Position numbers and translations under genes: made by a program. The notes beneath the pieces were generated by a model. It searched no databases, was not told where the DNA came from, and was given only the letters and a program-made list of their open reading frames with translations. This document shows, piece by piece, positions 27,277-39,893 of a DNA stretch of 64,000 nucleotides (position 1 is its first letter; each line of letters starts with the position of its first letter). The stretch spans positions 211,188 to 275,187 of the forward strand of contig NMRA01000543.1 in NCBI GenBank assembly GCA_002633005.1, written 5' to 3'. This stretch comes from Phoronis australis. Its lineage: Eukaryota > Animalia > Phoronida.

Positions 27277-28559
27277 CTGAAACACATAAATCTCATGTTA
27301 TAGCAATACCGTTTCTTATGTTGGCACCCCCAGGTAGGAGGTAATTTCAGCCATGTCAGAATTATCTTTGAAAGGGTTCACTTAAGTGATTACAAACCTA
27401 CATTTCGTCGAAGAAATGAACGTTTGAGTTAGACCACTTATTGCTATAAAATTGGTTTCAAGGAGTTCTTTTTTCAAATGACGATTGATTTCTAGGTTTT
27501 CAAAGAAATGACAGTTCATTTTTTGTGGAGATCATGATCGGCCCATAAAATGACACGCTGTGACAGGCCAATTGTACAGCCTGGTCATATAGTCCTGAAA
27601 TCACCTACAGTTTGACTAAGGAAAAACTGAGACCAAATTAAAGACTAAGCTCAGTAAATGGAGACCAGCCTAAATAAAAATTGGCTTTTGTGATGGGAGG
27701 TGTGTTTTGTAGTCGCTTTAATGGGTTATTTTCTCTGATGAAAGGATCCAAATTTTTTAATAGGGCAGTCCAGCCAAAATTTCATTGTCCAGGTTTTAGG
27801 GTGAAAAAGTATCTATGGTCAAATCATAGACTATCTAATAGTATGCAGACCCTAATACCCGGCCAGACAAGTAGACCCGTAGCACGCCTAGTCACATTAT
27901 ATGCACCCACGCTGTGGGATGAGTATCCTGATTTCACTGATCGGCAAGTCAGGATACAACTGTGTCCTTATCAGTTTGAAAGCAATAGCAAGAAGAGAAA
28001 GTTGGCAAACCACTGTTTTACATAGCCTATCTCCCTCACTGTCTTGGTTCATCGTAACTCAAGTAATTCAGCAATTATACTGTAAACAGTGCGCCTGATG
28101 CTAACCGATATTTAAAAATACCATTTCCAAATGATGGTCAACAAATGTGAGGAGGATGTGTTTTGTATGAAATGCTATCACCAAAAAACTTTGAACGGAC
28201 CGTAAAGGTTGACTTTCAGAGAAATTCGACTTCAACTTTCACTGGTGTTTCCTTTTTGTGACTGCAAGCTCTGATCAGCTTACTACCACAGCATTTTTTA
28301 CCGGCAACGTCAATAGGCTTGTTTGCCAAGTTTAATCGAACGTGGTACTAGATTAGATGGTGATGTTGGAAATTTCTTGGTTTTAAGTCTATCCAGGGAA
28401 TGGTACGTAGACTGTATCCTGAGCTAGCTGGTGCTCTGGCAAGGACTTGCGAAGCTTGATGTGTCGTACAGAGTAGGCCTGGAGTTAACCTTGGTGCAAA
28501 GCTGTATACCAAATATGATGATGATAGTCTTGATAGGCTTCATACATCTAGCTGCATTA

Positions 28560-28656
28560 TAGGCAATGACCATCGCCTCTGTTGGCTCGAACCAGAGCGC
28601 CTATAACCTCTACATCGCCTCTGATTCGGGCCAACAGAGGCGATGGTCATTGCCTA
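28560..28656. mobile_element. Miniature internally deleted copy (about 95 bp) of the same TAGGCAATGACC-TIR element
   Basis: TAGGCAATGACCATCGCCTCTGTTGG...CCAACAGAGGCGATGGTCATTGCCTA; left flank GCTGCATTA, right flank GCTGCATAA here and exactly GCTGCATTA in the duplicate copy at 28871, i.e. a 9-bp target site duplication. Confidence 0.85.
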
Positions 28657-29058
28657 GCTGCATAATTATATGGCTGGCTAGTCTGCGGTGCACTGCCACT
28701 GCATGGGCAATACAATGAGGTTTTGTAGCCAAGTGGATCACCTGAATTCACTGAGTCCACCAGCCATAAGAATACTGAGGAGATACGATCACCGGAACTC
28801 CGCCCCCATGTATGACTTTATAACCAGGGACGCGTTGCCNCGGGCCAACAGAGGCGATGGTCATTGCCTAGCTGCATTATAGTCTGTATATGGCTGGCTA
28901 GTCTGCGGTGCACTGCCACTGCATGGGCAATACAATGAGGTTTTGTAGCCAAGTGGATCACCTGAATTCACTGAGTCCACCAGCCACAAGAATACTGAGG
29001 AGATACGATCACCGGAACTCCGCCCCCATGTATGACTTTATAACCAGGGACGCGTTGC
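28627..29058. repeat. About 215-bp tandem duplication joined by a single N (28840); probable assembly artefact
   Basis: 28627-28839 and 28841-29058 near-identical, junction at the N. Confidence 0.88.
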
Positions 29059-29311
29059 TAGACTGTAATGGCTACTGATGCCCATGCATCCATACCTGTG
29101 AGTGGTGACCGCAGGCATTGCCCTGTTGGGTATTATACGAGCAAGCAGGCAACCGCAGAAGTGTCTGAGAGTTGTCACAAATGCTTTATACTCAAGTTCG
29201 GCGTGTCGTTGCCTCTCGACATCTGATAATCAGTGTGTTATGCAACAAATTCTGTCAGCTGTTGTTAGGCGAGTTTTACCGCGTTTATCCACAGGTGGAG
29301 CTAGTTGCAAT

Positions 29312-32300
29312 ATGGCGTCTTCCATGGCGATTGTTTGGATTGGTCTTTCCGTAGTTTTCCTGAACATTCTGTCTAAATATTTGAATCTTCTTGCCTTTTT
29401 TGTAAGTTTTTGATAAAATCCAGCCTGCTTTCAAGCAGTAGAGATGTTTAAAGTAGTATGTCATGCTTGGCCGCCGTCGTATGGTGCTTCCTCAATTCAG
29501 TTGTTGTGAACGGGACAGCGGGTGTGTTATGAGATAAGTGATGCCTTGAAAACCTTTTTGATGTTATCTCTTAGTTGTGTAACATGATGTAGCCATCCCA
29601 CTATCCTTACGGATATTGTACAGCATAGCCAGTCAGCTAGCTGTATGAAGTATGTGCATGGTCAAAATATTTATTACGCAGCTTTGTACCAAGGCTTATA
29701 TGACAGCAATGCTTTTTAAAAAGTTTTGCACAACTGTGGGTGGGGTACATGGAGTTTGAATTTACATTGGTGATATTTTGGGTGTGTTTAAATTAATGCA
29801 TTTCGCCCTGTTTGGCTAAAAGTAAAAACCCAAAGGCCAAAACCAATTTGCCATTACCTTCTTGAAATCTGCAGTCTCCATAGTCCATATCGCCCGGCCC
29901 TTACAACACGATGGGACTCCGGCTGTTTTATTTACTTAAATTTTATAAAAACTAGAACATCCCAATCATCATGCAACTGCCAAGAAAACATCTTCATGGT
30001 TTATTGGGGTTGATCTGTTAATTGTGCTTGAACTTGGAATTCAGCTTAATATCATTAGGCGGCATATACGTGAATTGGGAATACGCGGCTAGGAAACTTT
30101 GCAAATTTGAGTTCACACAAATAATCTCCTTCATGTTAAAAAAATTTGCACTGCACTAAAGCAAATCTCACATAAACATTAAAAAAATGCAAATTTTAAT
30201 GAATGGTTGGAGGGCCAAATCGCTTTTGCTGAATAATTTCTCTAATCCCGATAAGATCCTGATGCCTCGATCACTGGGCTATGCTGTGAAAAATAAAAGA
30301 TATGTTATAGCTGTTTGGACGTAAATCAATAGCAATTCTTAATTCCTTGTCAAATGCTGATGATGTTTTTGAATTGATCACTAAAATTGCCCAACTAGAA
30401 CCGAAGTTAAGAGAATCTATTCTGTGCAAACAACTTACAGTTTACGTGACACTTAGAAGCATTGTAGAGTAAATGGCTTGCTTGTTGTCATATCAAACAG
30501 AAGACTGCACTCAGCAGTTATTGTTGTACATAATAATAACAGTTTAGTATTCTTATTTATTATTGTGTATTCATGGCCTAAATCCCAGATATATATACTA
30601 ACTGCGGTTTCCAGGCTGAATTTAATATTATAATGTATTTTTGAAAATTTGTAACTGTTAACAAAGGAGCCAGATATTATCAAACATTCAGTTCACAACC
30701 AGCTTAAGTTTTGTAAAGTCATTGAACGGGAGAACGCCTTTATGTTTCTTTCTACTATTGGCGAGTAACCACTTATTTCCTGTATTCTGTGACACAAGTT
30801 CAGGTAAAGGAGGAAGTGGGTGTAGGGCAAATAATAAGAAATTTTTTTATAATGAACGAAAATTTTCGCCTGATTACTTTAGTGATACATATTTAATTCC
30901 AAATTTATGCATACATGATCTTGAAGTTAAGCAAAATTCCAAGTTCACGCATAGCAGGCAAGCGATAAAGTTGCAAATGAAAATTGCACTTATATACGTT
31001 ACCTAGCTGTGATTTCAGCTGGTAATGAAAATGGAATCCTATCTATCACACAATAAGGATATAATACCGATTTTATTATGTACTGGAGTTAGAGACCCAA
31101 TTCAATTTTTGTGTTTTAGCCAAATAAACAGCTTTAACTGTCTCAAACTTTTTTTTATCTTACTTGGAAGTTGTACATAGAGTTTTGGGCCATGGCTTTG
31201 AAACCACCAACACTATCACTTTTAAATGATATTAAAAGTTGTGACACATAAATCTCGCTACTTTATGCTAAATTGTTCTAGTGAATATCATCGTCTAAAC
31301 TTGCCTTCCATCGCTGTTACCACTTACCAATTTGAAGTTGCCCTCAAAATTCATGTTTTTAGTCAATTAAATTAAGGAATTTCCTGGAGTTTGAAAGAAT
31401 TGACGTACCAGCTTAGCTCTACAAGCATGTATTTTTGACACTGTGGCCAATTTATGCGTTGAGGCGTGGTCTCGGGAATAACGAAGTACCAGTTCTTCTC
31501 ATCTGTGTAAGGAACAAGTGAGGAGACCAGTTTAATAGCCATAATTGGTTTCAGTCGTATGTTCGCTTTTTGTATGGAATGCAGTTTTACGTTAAAGCCA
31601 CCAATTCAGTTGTCCCATGGCTATATTTCAGGTTGTCAAAGTTTTCTATGGTCCAACAAAAGATGAAGTTTCGACACGCCTGAACTTCAACCAATCTAGG
31701 GAAGACCTGTCAAAGATAAATATGGTGGATGAATTTGCGAAGTATGCCAGAACAAAGCGGACACTCAACAAACTGCAAGATGATCTCAAAGCGTTTGGTA
31801 TGTAAATTTATTAGTCACTTCCAGTAATCCCGCATTTTGAGAACCAGTTTTCTTTCCTGAATAATTGGCATGGAATTGGTTCTCAAAATCTGGGACCCCT
31901 GTAACTGACTGTTACGTAATACCAGTTCAGTAAGCACAAGCAAAGGAGTAAGTTACCACAGGCACATACTGATCAATACATCGCTAAAATGATATATGAT
32001 CATTTTTGGTCTGTATTTGACTCAAAGATAATATGTATTAGTTCTTCATGTGTCATTGCAATTATAATGTATCACATATTGCGAACAGAGCACTCTGCCA
32101 GAAATGCCCTTTTTGATTTTTTAAAATTTTATAATATATGTTATGGTACTCACAGAACTTTAAAATGATAAAGCATTTTTGATATTACTTATTGTTATGA
32201 AAGAATGAGAAAATAATTTTCACTTGTCCGTGAATTGGTGTCAGAGATGTTACCGCATCTGTCTTTTTCATTTCCCAATAGGCCAGTAGTCAATGGGGTG

Positions 32301-35300
32301 AGCATCTTTACGGCTCCTGAGTTTGATGATGACCTTGAGATTCGATTGACCTTGAGTTTGGAGACTCGTACTTGCGTTTACCTCATTACTTACTTTCTAG
32401 TTACTCACACCTTGTTCTGTGTTCAATGTTGGAGTTTGGATGAAGTCTTGCAAACTCTTCCCAGACATCAATAAAACTACTGCATGTTTTTCAGTGGTAA
32501 CCAAAAGCTTAGTACGTGGAAGTTAAAACTTGTTAGGTGATTGTTTGGCTCATGTTATGAAGAAAAGTGTACTAGGAGGGACTAATCATGGACTTTTTCA
32601 TGTATAAAAAGTAATCACAGGTGGTCTGGTACACTTTGTACAAGGCTTGGAATTTTTCATTTCTAAGATTCTAAGAGGATTTCCTCTTTTTGGTTTCGAT
32701 TTCCTCTTATTTGATTTACAGTTTCCTCTTTTTCATCTCTCTATTATCATTATTTTGACTTTATTCATACAAAACCGTGTATTTCAGTTAAACTTTACAA
32801 ACTAAAAACTTTTCTATCACGCATGCCTATTTATTTGTGGAACCCGTACATCACATGAAAAATTTTCCTCTTTTTTTCATTGGTCATTCCAAGCCCTGTT
32901 TGTACCACTGTCAGACGTGTAGTGCACGTTGTAGCAGACGTGCGCAGTCTGCTCAGGTGGGCCCATTGCACTGACACCTGAAACCATTTTTATTATTTAT
33001 TAATTTATAGTTAAAACCGAGCTGAGGAGCTAGAGACCTGACTCAAGGGTCTTGCAGTGTTCCTTAGTGGTACTCAAACCCACGACTGCGAGTTAGGGAA
33101 GTGACAGACTTGTTCCACTAGACCACAATGTCCCCTCCTCTTTGACATGTATGTTGATCACGACATTTTATCGTTGGGCACGTTTTGTCTGTCAGAGTTT
33201 GCTACAGTAACTGGTATTTAAAGACATTAATAATCTGAACTTGAAACTTCTTGTTCCAGGGAAAGAGAGAGCTTCCGTACGAATGAAAGTCAATGTGGCC
33301 ATTCAGTTTATTTATTACATATTTTATGTAAGTGCTAACAAGTACTGTGCTTTTATAGTGCTTTTTGTATTTTTGCCTTTGATAATTTTATTGGATTGAA
33401 TAGGTATTTTCCAATAAAGCACTTTAATAGTGTATAATTATTTAATTAATTAATTTTAATTTTCAAGCAACAAAGCTTTATTGCTAGGTGACGACAGAGT
33501 ATTTGGTGGATAAATGTCAAGCACCTACCCAGTTCACCTGTGATTTAGACATACTTAAGGCAGCGGCCTATCACAGCATCTGTTTAAATTCTTTGCGATG
33601 GTCATGCCATCAAATTACCAAACACCATTCTGTGGTTATTTACTGAACTGATTCACACAAAAAAGGCGTACATCAAAAAATGTCTGTGAGTAAAAACTAA
33701 TTACATTTTGTGTATCTGGACTATTCCTTTTTTGTACACCAACATTGGGTTCAGCAAAATTCGCTTTTGTGTTCATTATGTCAGTTGTTTACTGACCGGT
33801 ATGTTGCAAATCACTTTTGTTGTTGCCCTTTAAACTACTGCATAATCTGTAAACTTTCCAGGATAAATCTTGTATTTTTATGGTAATAGTCACTTGCAAG
33901 GGTCCCGCAGCTTGAGAACCAGTTTTGTCTATTGAATAAGTGACATAACACTGGTTCTCAAAATGTGGGACCCTGCTCTAAGTGAATGTTGTGGCATTTT
34001 CTTTTACAGATTTTTGGCCGTTGATTTTTAATGTTGTTGTAAAGGATTTCAAGTGCATCATTTTCTCTTATTTAACACACGCACTATGGAGGACAGGTGA
34101 AATTTGTTTTGTCAAATTTCTGTTTGAAAGTAAAACTAAAGAAAGATTTATTATGTTTAGCAAGATTTGTGATATACCGGTATAACAATCATAAAACTGC
34201 ACTTGTTGATTATTTGATTACCGGTAATTGTAATTATGCACTGTAATTGTTAACACATTTAGCTCACATTGTAGAAAAAAATGGAATGTTGTTGTATAAT
34301 TTTTTACAAAACTTAAGGACTTTTTATTATTGATAACATAGCCAGTCAAATAACATGCTATCAAATAACACTGTGTTTGAAATTTTAAAAAATCACAGCT
34401 TTGCCTGTTATTTCAATCTCAGTGAAATTATGCGACAAATAGGTCGTGTAATTGAACTGTGTTTCATTGGCATTGGCACTTTCCTTTCAGTTAAAGAATT
34501 ACAATATCCACCCTTTGACAAATTACTGTTATTTTTATGCGAATTTGTGCAGGAATCCTGTCTTCCATTGCTTCCTATATTCATGAGTAACATCAAAAAG
34601 AATAAGTCAAAACCATGTACAAGTCACTCTGTCCACTGTCGGCAGTCTGAGTAGCTTCTGAAACATTGTATTACTTCCCTTTTCAGCTTGCTGTCTTGGT
34701 CTACATCATGTGGTCATTTCGTGACGTTGCCTTGATCAAACTTCCTAAAGAGTGGCTATGGCCTTTCATTTGGCCAGTCAGTTTCCCATGTGGAGTGGCA
34801 GGTAACTATGGTGATTTAGTCTGCACACGTGCCTTCTTAGAAAAGTCATGCGCAGTGGATTGTGGGATATCGTTCAATCTGCAGCTGATGAAACACAAAA
34901 ATTTACGATCAACTCGGTGAAAATGAAGGGTATCCCACAAATGTGTACACATCAGTTTCCATCATTCTATAACACAGTGTTTTGGACCTATTTCTTCTGG
35001 TATCCTTGGTGTTGTGTCGTTAATCTCTCCTATCTTGGGGTGATGCTCAGGCAGCAAAAAGTGGATAATTTATAGTTAAAATTTGTTCAATGATGGTAAC
35101 TTCATTGGAAGTGAACGCTGCTTTACACACTTGTGCACACCACATTCCCTCCCTTTCACGCACTTGAGTTGGGACTGAGCGTAAAGAAGCAAATGGAAAT
35201 GAGTGCAATACTCATAGTCTACTAAATGAACTTGGCAATCCAACTTGAGCCTCACAATTAGCTAGTCTACAGTCCAAACCACAGTGCTAACTATCAATAT

Positions 35301-35588
35301 TGTTATCCTGTGACGTGTGGTTTCTGTAGGTGTAGGTCTTGATTATGTAGTGGCGACTGCAATTTTATGTAAACGTGCTGCCTCTTCTCTGTCAGATTAA
35401 ACAGAATGTGAAAACGACATCCCATGTCTAACTGGTCATTATGAAAATATACAGTAATCATGAATAGTTTTTACCTGTCGCTGTTCATGTAATTGAATGT
35501 TTTGGTTACAGGTGGTGTTGGCGTGGCATTCTGGCTGTTTGTTTCAAATCAAGTGTCCAGGAATATCACCTCATCATTTTTTGCCTGA
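29312..35588 (+). CDS. GET1: Guided entry of tail-anchored proteins factor 1 (WRB/CHD5), ER insertase subunit; 5 exons, 171 aa
   Basis: Exons 29312-29401, 31632-31797, 33260-33327, 34687-34801, 35512-35588 (516 nt, phases consistent). TM1 MAIVWIGLSVVFLNIL, coiled-coil LSKINMVDEFAKYARTKRTLNKL (WRB signature), LPKEWLWP..VSFPCGVAGGVGVAFWLFVSNQV. AATAAA at 35726. Confidence 0.93.
29858..29888 (-). CDS. Candidate first coding exon of the ASB-like gene (MDYGDCRFQE), lying inside GET1 intron 1
   Basis: ATG at 29888, 31 nt, ends G|GTAATG (phase 1), which is in frame with the phase-1 acceptor at 27276. Supported only by phase and splice-site match. Confidence 0.35.
31813..31910. repeat. Short palindromic repeat family, copy 4
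   Basis: AGTCACTT..TCCCGCATTTTGAGAACCAG...TGGTTCTCAAAATCTGGGACCCCTGTAACTGACT. Confidence 0.65.
32641..32898. mobile_element. hAT-like MITE in GET1 intron 2
   Basis: Ends CAAGGCTTGGAA / TTCCAAGCCCTG, subterminal TTTCCTCTT repeats, TTTGTAC on both flanks. Confidence 0.55.
33066..33127 (-). mobile_element. Degenerate tRNA-derived SINE head
   Basis: Minus strand TGTGGTCTAGTGG (A-box-like) ... GTCGTGGGTTTGAGTACC (B-box-like) with tRNA-like spacing but no clean cloverleaf. Confidence 0.4.
33888..33985. repeat. Short palindromic repeat family, copy 5
   Basis: AGTCACTTGCAAGGGTCCCGCA..TTGAGAACCAG...CTGGTTCTCAAAATGTGGGACCCTG..AAGTGA. Confidence 0.65.
35330..35400 (+). CDS. Candidate alternative terminal exon of GET1 (GVGLDYVVATAILCKRAASSLSD*)
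   Basis: TTTCTGTAG acceptor, phase 1 like the canonical last exon, open to TAA at 35398-35400, similar length and GVG start. Confidence 0.4.
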
Positions 35589-36334
35589 TACGTCATCAGA
35601 GATCCTTTATTCAAAATGGTGCTTCAAAGCAAAGCAGTTGTGCTAAAGTAGGCCTTGTCTCATATTGTTTTATTAGAGACTGTGCGCGCTTTCAGAGGAC
35701 CAGAAATCTTCAGCTTCAAACTAGAAATAAAACAAGTGTCACGGTGACAAGATTTCACTTGCCAGATGTAGATCCTATGTGCTCACATTTCTGATGTCAC
35801 TGAAGCTATAAGGCTAAAATGTAGTCGTTCACTTAAAGCCTGTATTCAATGGTAATTCTTACATTTAGTTCCTACAATATGTTGAAAGCATCATTTTGAC
35901 CACACTGAAGTGTCATTAATTGACAAACCTAATTAAGAGGCTTATTACCTAATCTCGACTATGTCATTTCGAGACATATGTTAACGAGGCATGTATATTT
36001 TTGTGTGGAAATGAGTTGTCTTTTGACTGATTTTGAACTCGGACAGTTTTGCACCACTTGAGAGAGTAGTGTAGTGCATTTGCCTATTGCCAACATAATG
36101 TAACTTTTAGTGGGTTACCGGGTTTAGTCAGGAAAACATAGGTCTGCGTTTATTACCACTGATTAACGAAATTTGGTGTTTTTGTGTTGTTAGTTTACTT
36201 CAGGTTTGTTTATGGAACTCTTTGTTTTTGACCCTTCATATATTACCGGTACATCATCCAAACTTTGTCACTTTTTAACCGGTCCATGGTTATTATCACA
36301 TTTCATGACTGCCTAACCCCCACTCCTATCAGTA

Positions 36335-36522
36335 CACCCGATTCACGCAGTCGCCATTTTATTAGTGAGCCTCTTTTTAGGTTAAAAAACATGCATTTGG
36401 GACTTAATTAAACGAGGCTCACGAAAAAATCACGCATTTCAGTGTGATTAAGCGCGGAATGCATTGTTTTTAAAACCTAAAAAGAGGCTCACTTTTATAA
36501 TGACGACTGCGTGAATAAGGTG
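36335..36522. mobile_element. Palindromic MITE with TA flanks (Tc1/mariner-type)
   Basis: TA|CACCCGATTCACGCAGTCGCCATT..AGTGAGCCTCTTTTTAGGTT ... AACCTAAAAAGAGGCTCACT..AATGACGACTGCGTGAATAAGGTG|TA; about 60-bp imperfect inverted arms. Confidence 0.8.
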
Positions 36523-39500
36523 TATACACTCACTCACTAAGTATGTCGTCACAGGTGCACCGTTTTCTCCCCATAATTGGTCCTAAATTCATTACTCCCA
36601 CATACCTGTTCAATTTTCTGTTTTGGTGTTAGAAACAACACACAATGGTGACAACTTTGTCGCAAACGGGTAAATTAATGTACTCTGAAATGGCCAGGCA
36701 GTTGCAGAATTGGGCGTAATTATATTCTAGGTCAAAGAATCCTTACTACACATTGTTTTTTTAACACACATTTTATACTCTGTTCTCATTATTTGTGTGT
36801 TTCAACTTTACGTGTCCGTCAGCAACTCTCATCTTTTCCAAACCCTTCTTCCTTCAGTGGTGATGGAATGGTTGCTTAAGTGTAGAGTGACAAGATCAAG
36901 GTAAAAATTACCAACTGCAAACTACCATAAATCAAGTTGTCAAACTAGACACTTAATCAATTAAGGAAAATTGCTTTAATGGGTCACATTAGGAATGTCG
37001 GTTGCTACATTAAAAACCTGTTTATCACTCTTCAGGGAAAGTGCTGTCTGTGGCTTTTAGTAAAAATTCCAAGCATCGTGGAAAGTGCCTGGTAAGATGT
37101 TAATTGGTTAATTGATAAAACCTGTCTCACGAAATATAGTTTCCTGTGTAATCCATTCTCGTGATACAATTACAACAGTATCCATGTTTTGCGTGCTTGC
37201 ATTATATGTGGCAGTAGTTATCTCGCTTTTTCAATCGAGATGGCTGGTTTGAATAAAAGCAATCTTTTGTATTTTTACATAGCATTTGAAGTAAGAGCAT
37301 TGTGAATGTTTTCTTCCGGATGAGTGTCGATTTCTTACAGTTGTTGCAGTGGCAACTTGCTTCCTTCGACTGCATATAAATTATGTTATTCGCATAGAAG
37401 TGTGTAATAGCTGTCATTCCTGACATTACAGTCTGAAGCCATTATTGCAAATTAGTTTATGGAGTACACTTCAGATAGTCCTTCGTAGCATAAAACCGTT
37501 GGATTTGGCATTGCTTTTTATGTGTACCAAGTGATTTGCCAGTTTAGTCATGAATTTCTCAGTTGATTCGCCCCCTCTATTCTGTCTGTTCAATTAAATT
37601 GTCGCTCTTACTTCAGACCATGTGAACTTACTTCCATGCATAAATCGTCACACTGTCTGGTTTCTGGTCAACGTATTCAGGCAGAATTTTTTTTTTGTAG
37701 GCGATGTGTCTTTATTGATTCTTTTATATGGGATTCGAAGAGTTTGTTCAGTTCTCACAAATTGCCTCGCAGTACATTGGCGAGTTAATAATTAAGTAAG
37801 CTTTCTGTAAGGACAAATGAAATATGTGACGTATTTTTGTTGTATGAAAATAAAAAAACAACTTTACATTTATTGAGTGTTTGTGTTAACTCACGTCAGC
37901 AGCTGGCATCTTGCTTACTTGTTAATCAGACAATTTTGTTTTGTAAGTTAAAAGGTTTTGGATAAAGCGATATCACAAATTCAGGCCATGCAGGATCCGG
38001 ATTTGATATTCAGAAAACCGTGTTCATAGTTTGTAGCCTTTTAAAATTACAGCCAATTCACATGTGAAATATTTCTAAGTATTGATCTTGTGCGTTCAAG
38101 GGTTGTGTGTTCAAAATGAACGCAACAACTGCAGCATGTATTACATAGTATGTTGCTGTAATAATTCCAACCTACGACACAATGGTGATTAGATTAGACG
38201 GAGTTGTTGAAATTGCCATTTTTACATGCAACTTCATCAAGAAAGTGAAATTAATTCATCTCTATACATTCAGTTGGGGAATGTGGCTAATGCAATCTTG
38301 TGGAGTACGTCTGGATTTAGTATAATTGATAAATCAGCGAAAGGATAACTTCAAGTTGTCATTTTCATCTGCCGTGATAGTACGGGAGTATTTCAGGTGC
38401 ACTGCACATGGTGCAGTCTTAGGCTCTAGATAATTAAGAGTCAAACATCACCATTTCAATTCAATGATGTGTTCGTCATCTTGGCCCCTGTGATTTTACT
38501 AACTCTAAAATCAATCGATCTATCAATCCAGATCTTCAAAATTTTCAATCGACACATGATCACTATGTGTGATGTGTCGAGAGTAAATCATTTTTCAAAT
38601 TCATTTATACCTTGTAGAAGGCTGGCTGTTCCGCAAAGTTGGTAATAAAAACTATTTACAAGAAAAGATTGATAATCGTTATTTATTACTATCTGCGAAT
38701 GAATAAATGTCCATGGTTTTGTTGTTATATACTATTGTGCTGTTTGTCTAATTTGTATGTTAATAAAAATGAAAAGATCATGTTAAAATTCTATTGTGTA
38801 AATTAAAACAATTCACAATGTTCAGCACCAGCATACATGTAAAATGTCTTGATATATTATAAGGTCATTCATGAACACAGGCATAGTTCAGTAACAGTTC
38901 ATGACACACTCTTTTAACTGTGACGATTCGGTGTCTTTTAGCCGAGTAACTAAAGCGTGGATTTCTATGCACATGCCAGTCAAGTCACTCGTAACAAAAC
39001 AAAAAGTATTAAGCACATAACTTGTCACAAACAAACAAATTAACGTAACTATCTTAAATTCACGATAATGCAGGTCATGACGCTGTAAACTTAACTCTTA
39101 CTTATTACGGGTTATTTCACCGTCATAATTTGGACTGCAATATCAAAAGCAAAACTTAACGAATGCACACTCTCTGTTTATATAGTAAACTAATTCACTT
39201 TGGCACAGCTGAGAGTATATCTTTAAAACAATGTGATGTGGGTTGAAAATGCCTTTAACTTATTGTTAAATGTGAGGAGAGTGATTAGAATAGAGTCCAA
39301 ATCAAAACTGCTTTAAGCAGTGAACTGCATTTGAAAATCAAGTCAATGGAGTGGCATTAATAGTTCCTAACTATTTCAAGAAATATAATCTACCCGCCGA
39401 AACGCTTGGCAAATCATGATAATTCACACCTTGCATACCCTGATTTACGCGCCTTTGCGCAGCACTTTTTTAGTCAGTGAGAGCTGGTCTCAAAATGAGT

Positions 39501-39893
39501 GCGGGTAAAGAACAGAACCAACTCTGCAGTAAATGAATACAACTATTCTCCATGAATACGCACTATATTGTACAATTTGACGATTATGAGCTATTGTGAG
39601 CTGAGACTTTTATGAAATGAATCTATCTTGAAGTCTCTTCCACAATGGCGATGACTATGAATATGCCAATGGAACAGATGAAACAAATGAATAAGTACAG
39701 ATCAATGTCTGCAGTAAATGAGGACAGCGATCGTGCAACACTTCTATTCAAACCTAATACTGATGGACGTCTCACCTCCAGCTATTCATTAAACCATGTA
39801 ACAACTGGTAATGTAAACGCAAAAACAACAGAAGGTTAGTTGAACTAGAACTTAGTGTCATGTCTGAACTTGAACAAGTGGTCACTCAGGTGT

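Noticed and set aside
33066-33127. tRNA gene
   Set aside because: A- and B-box-like motifs only; stems do not pair, so treated as a SINE relic.
39645-39839. Met-rich 64-aa plus-strand ORF
   Set aside because: Antisense to the lebercilin 3' UTR, short, no recognisable homology.
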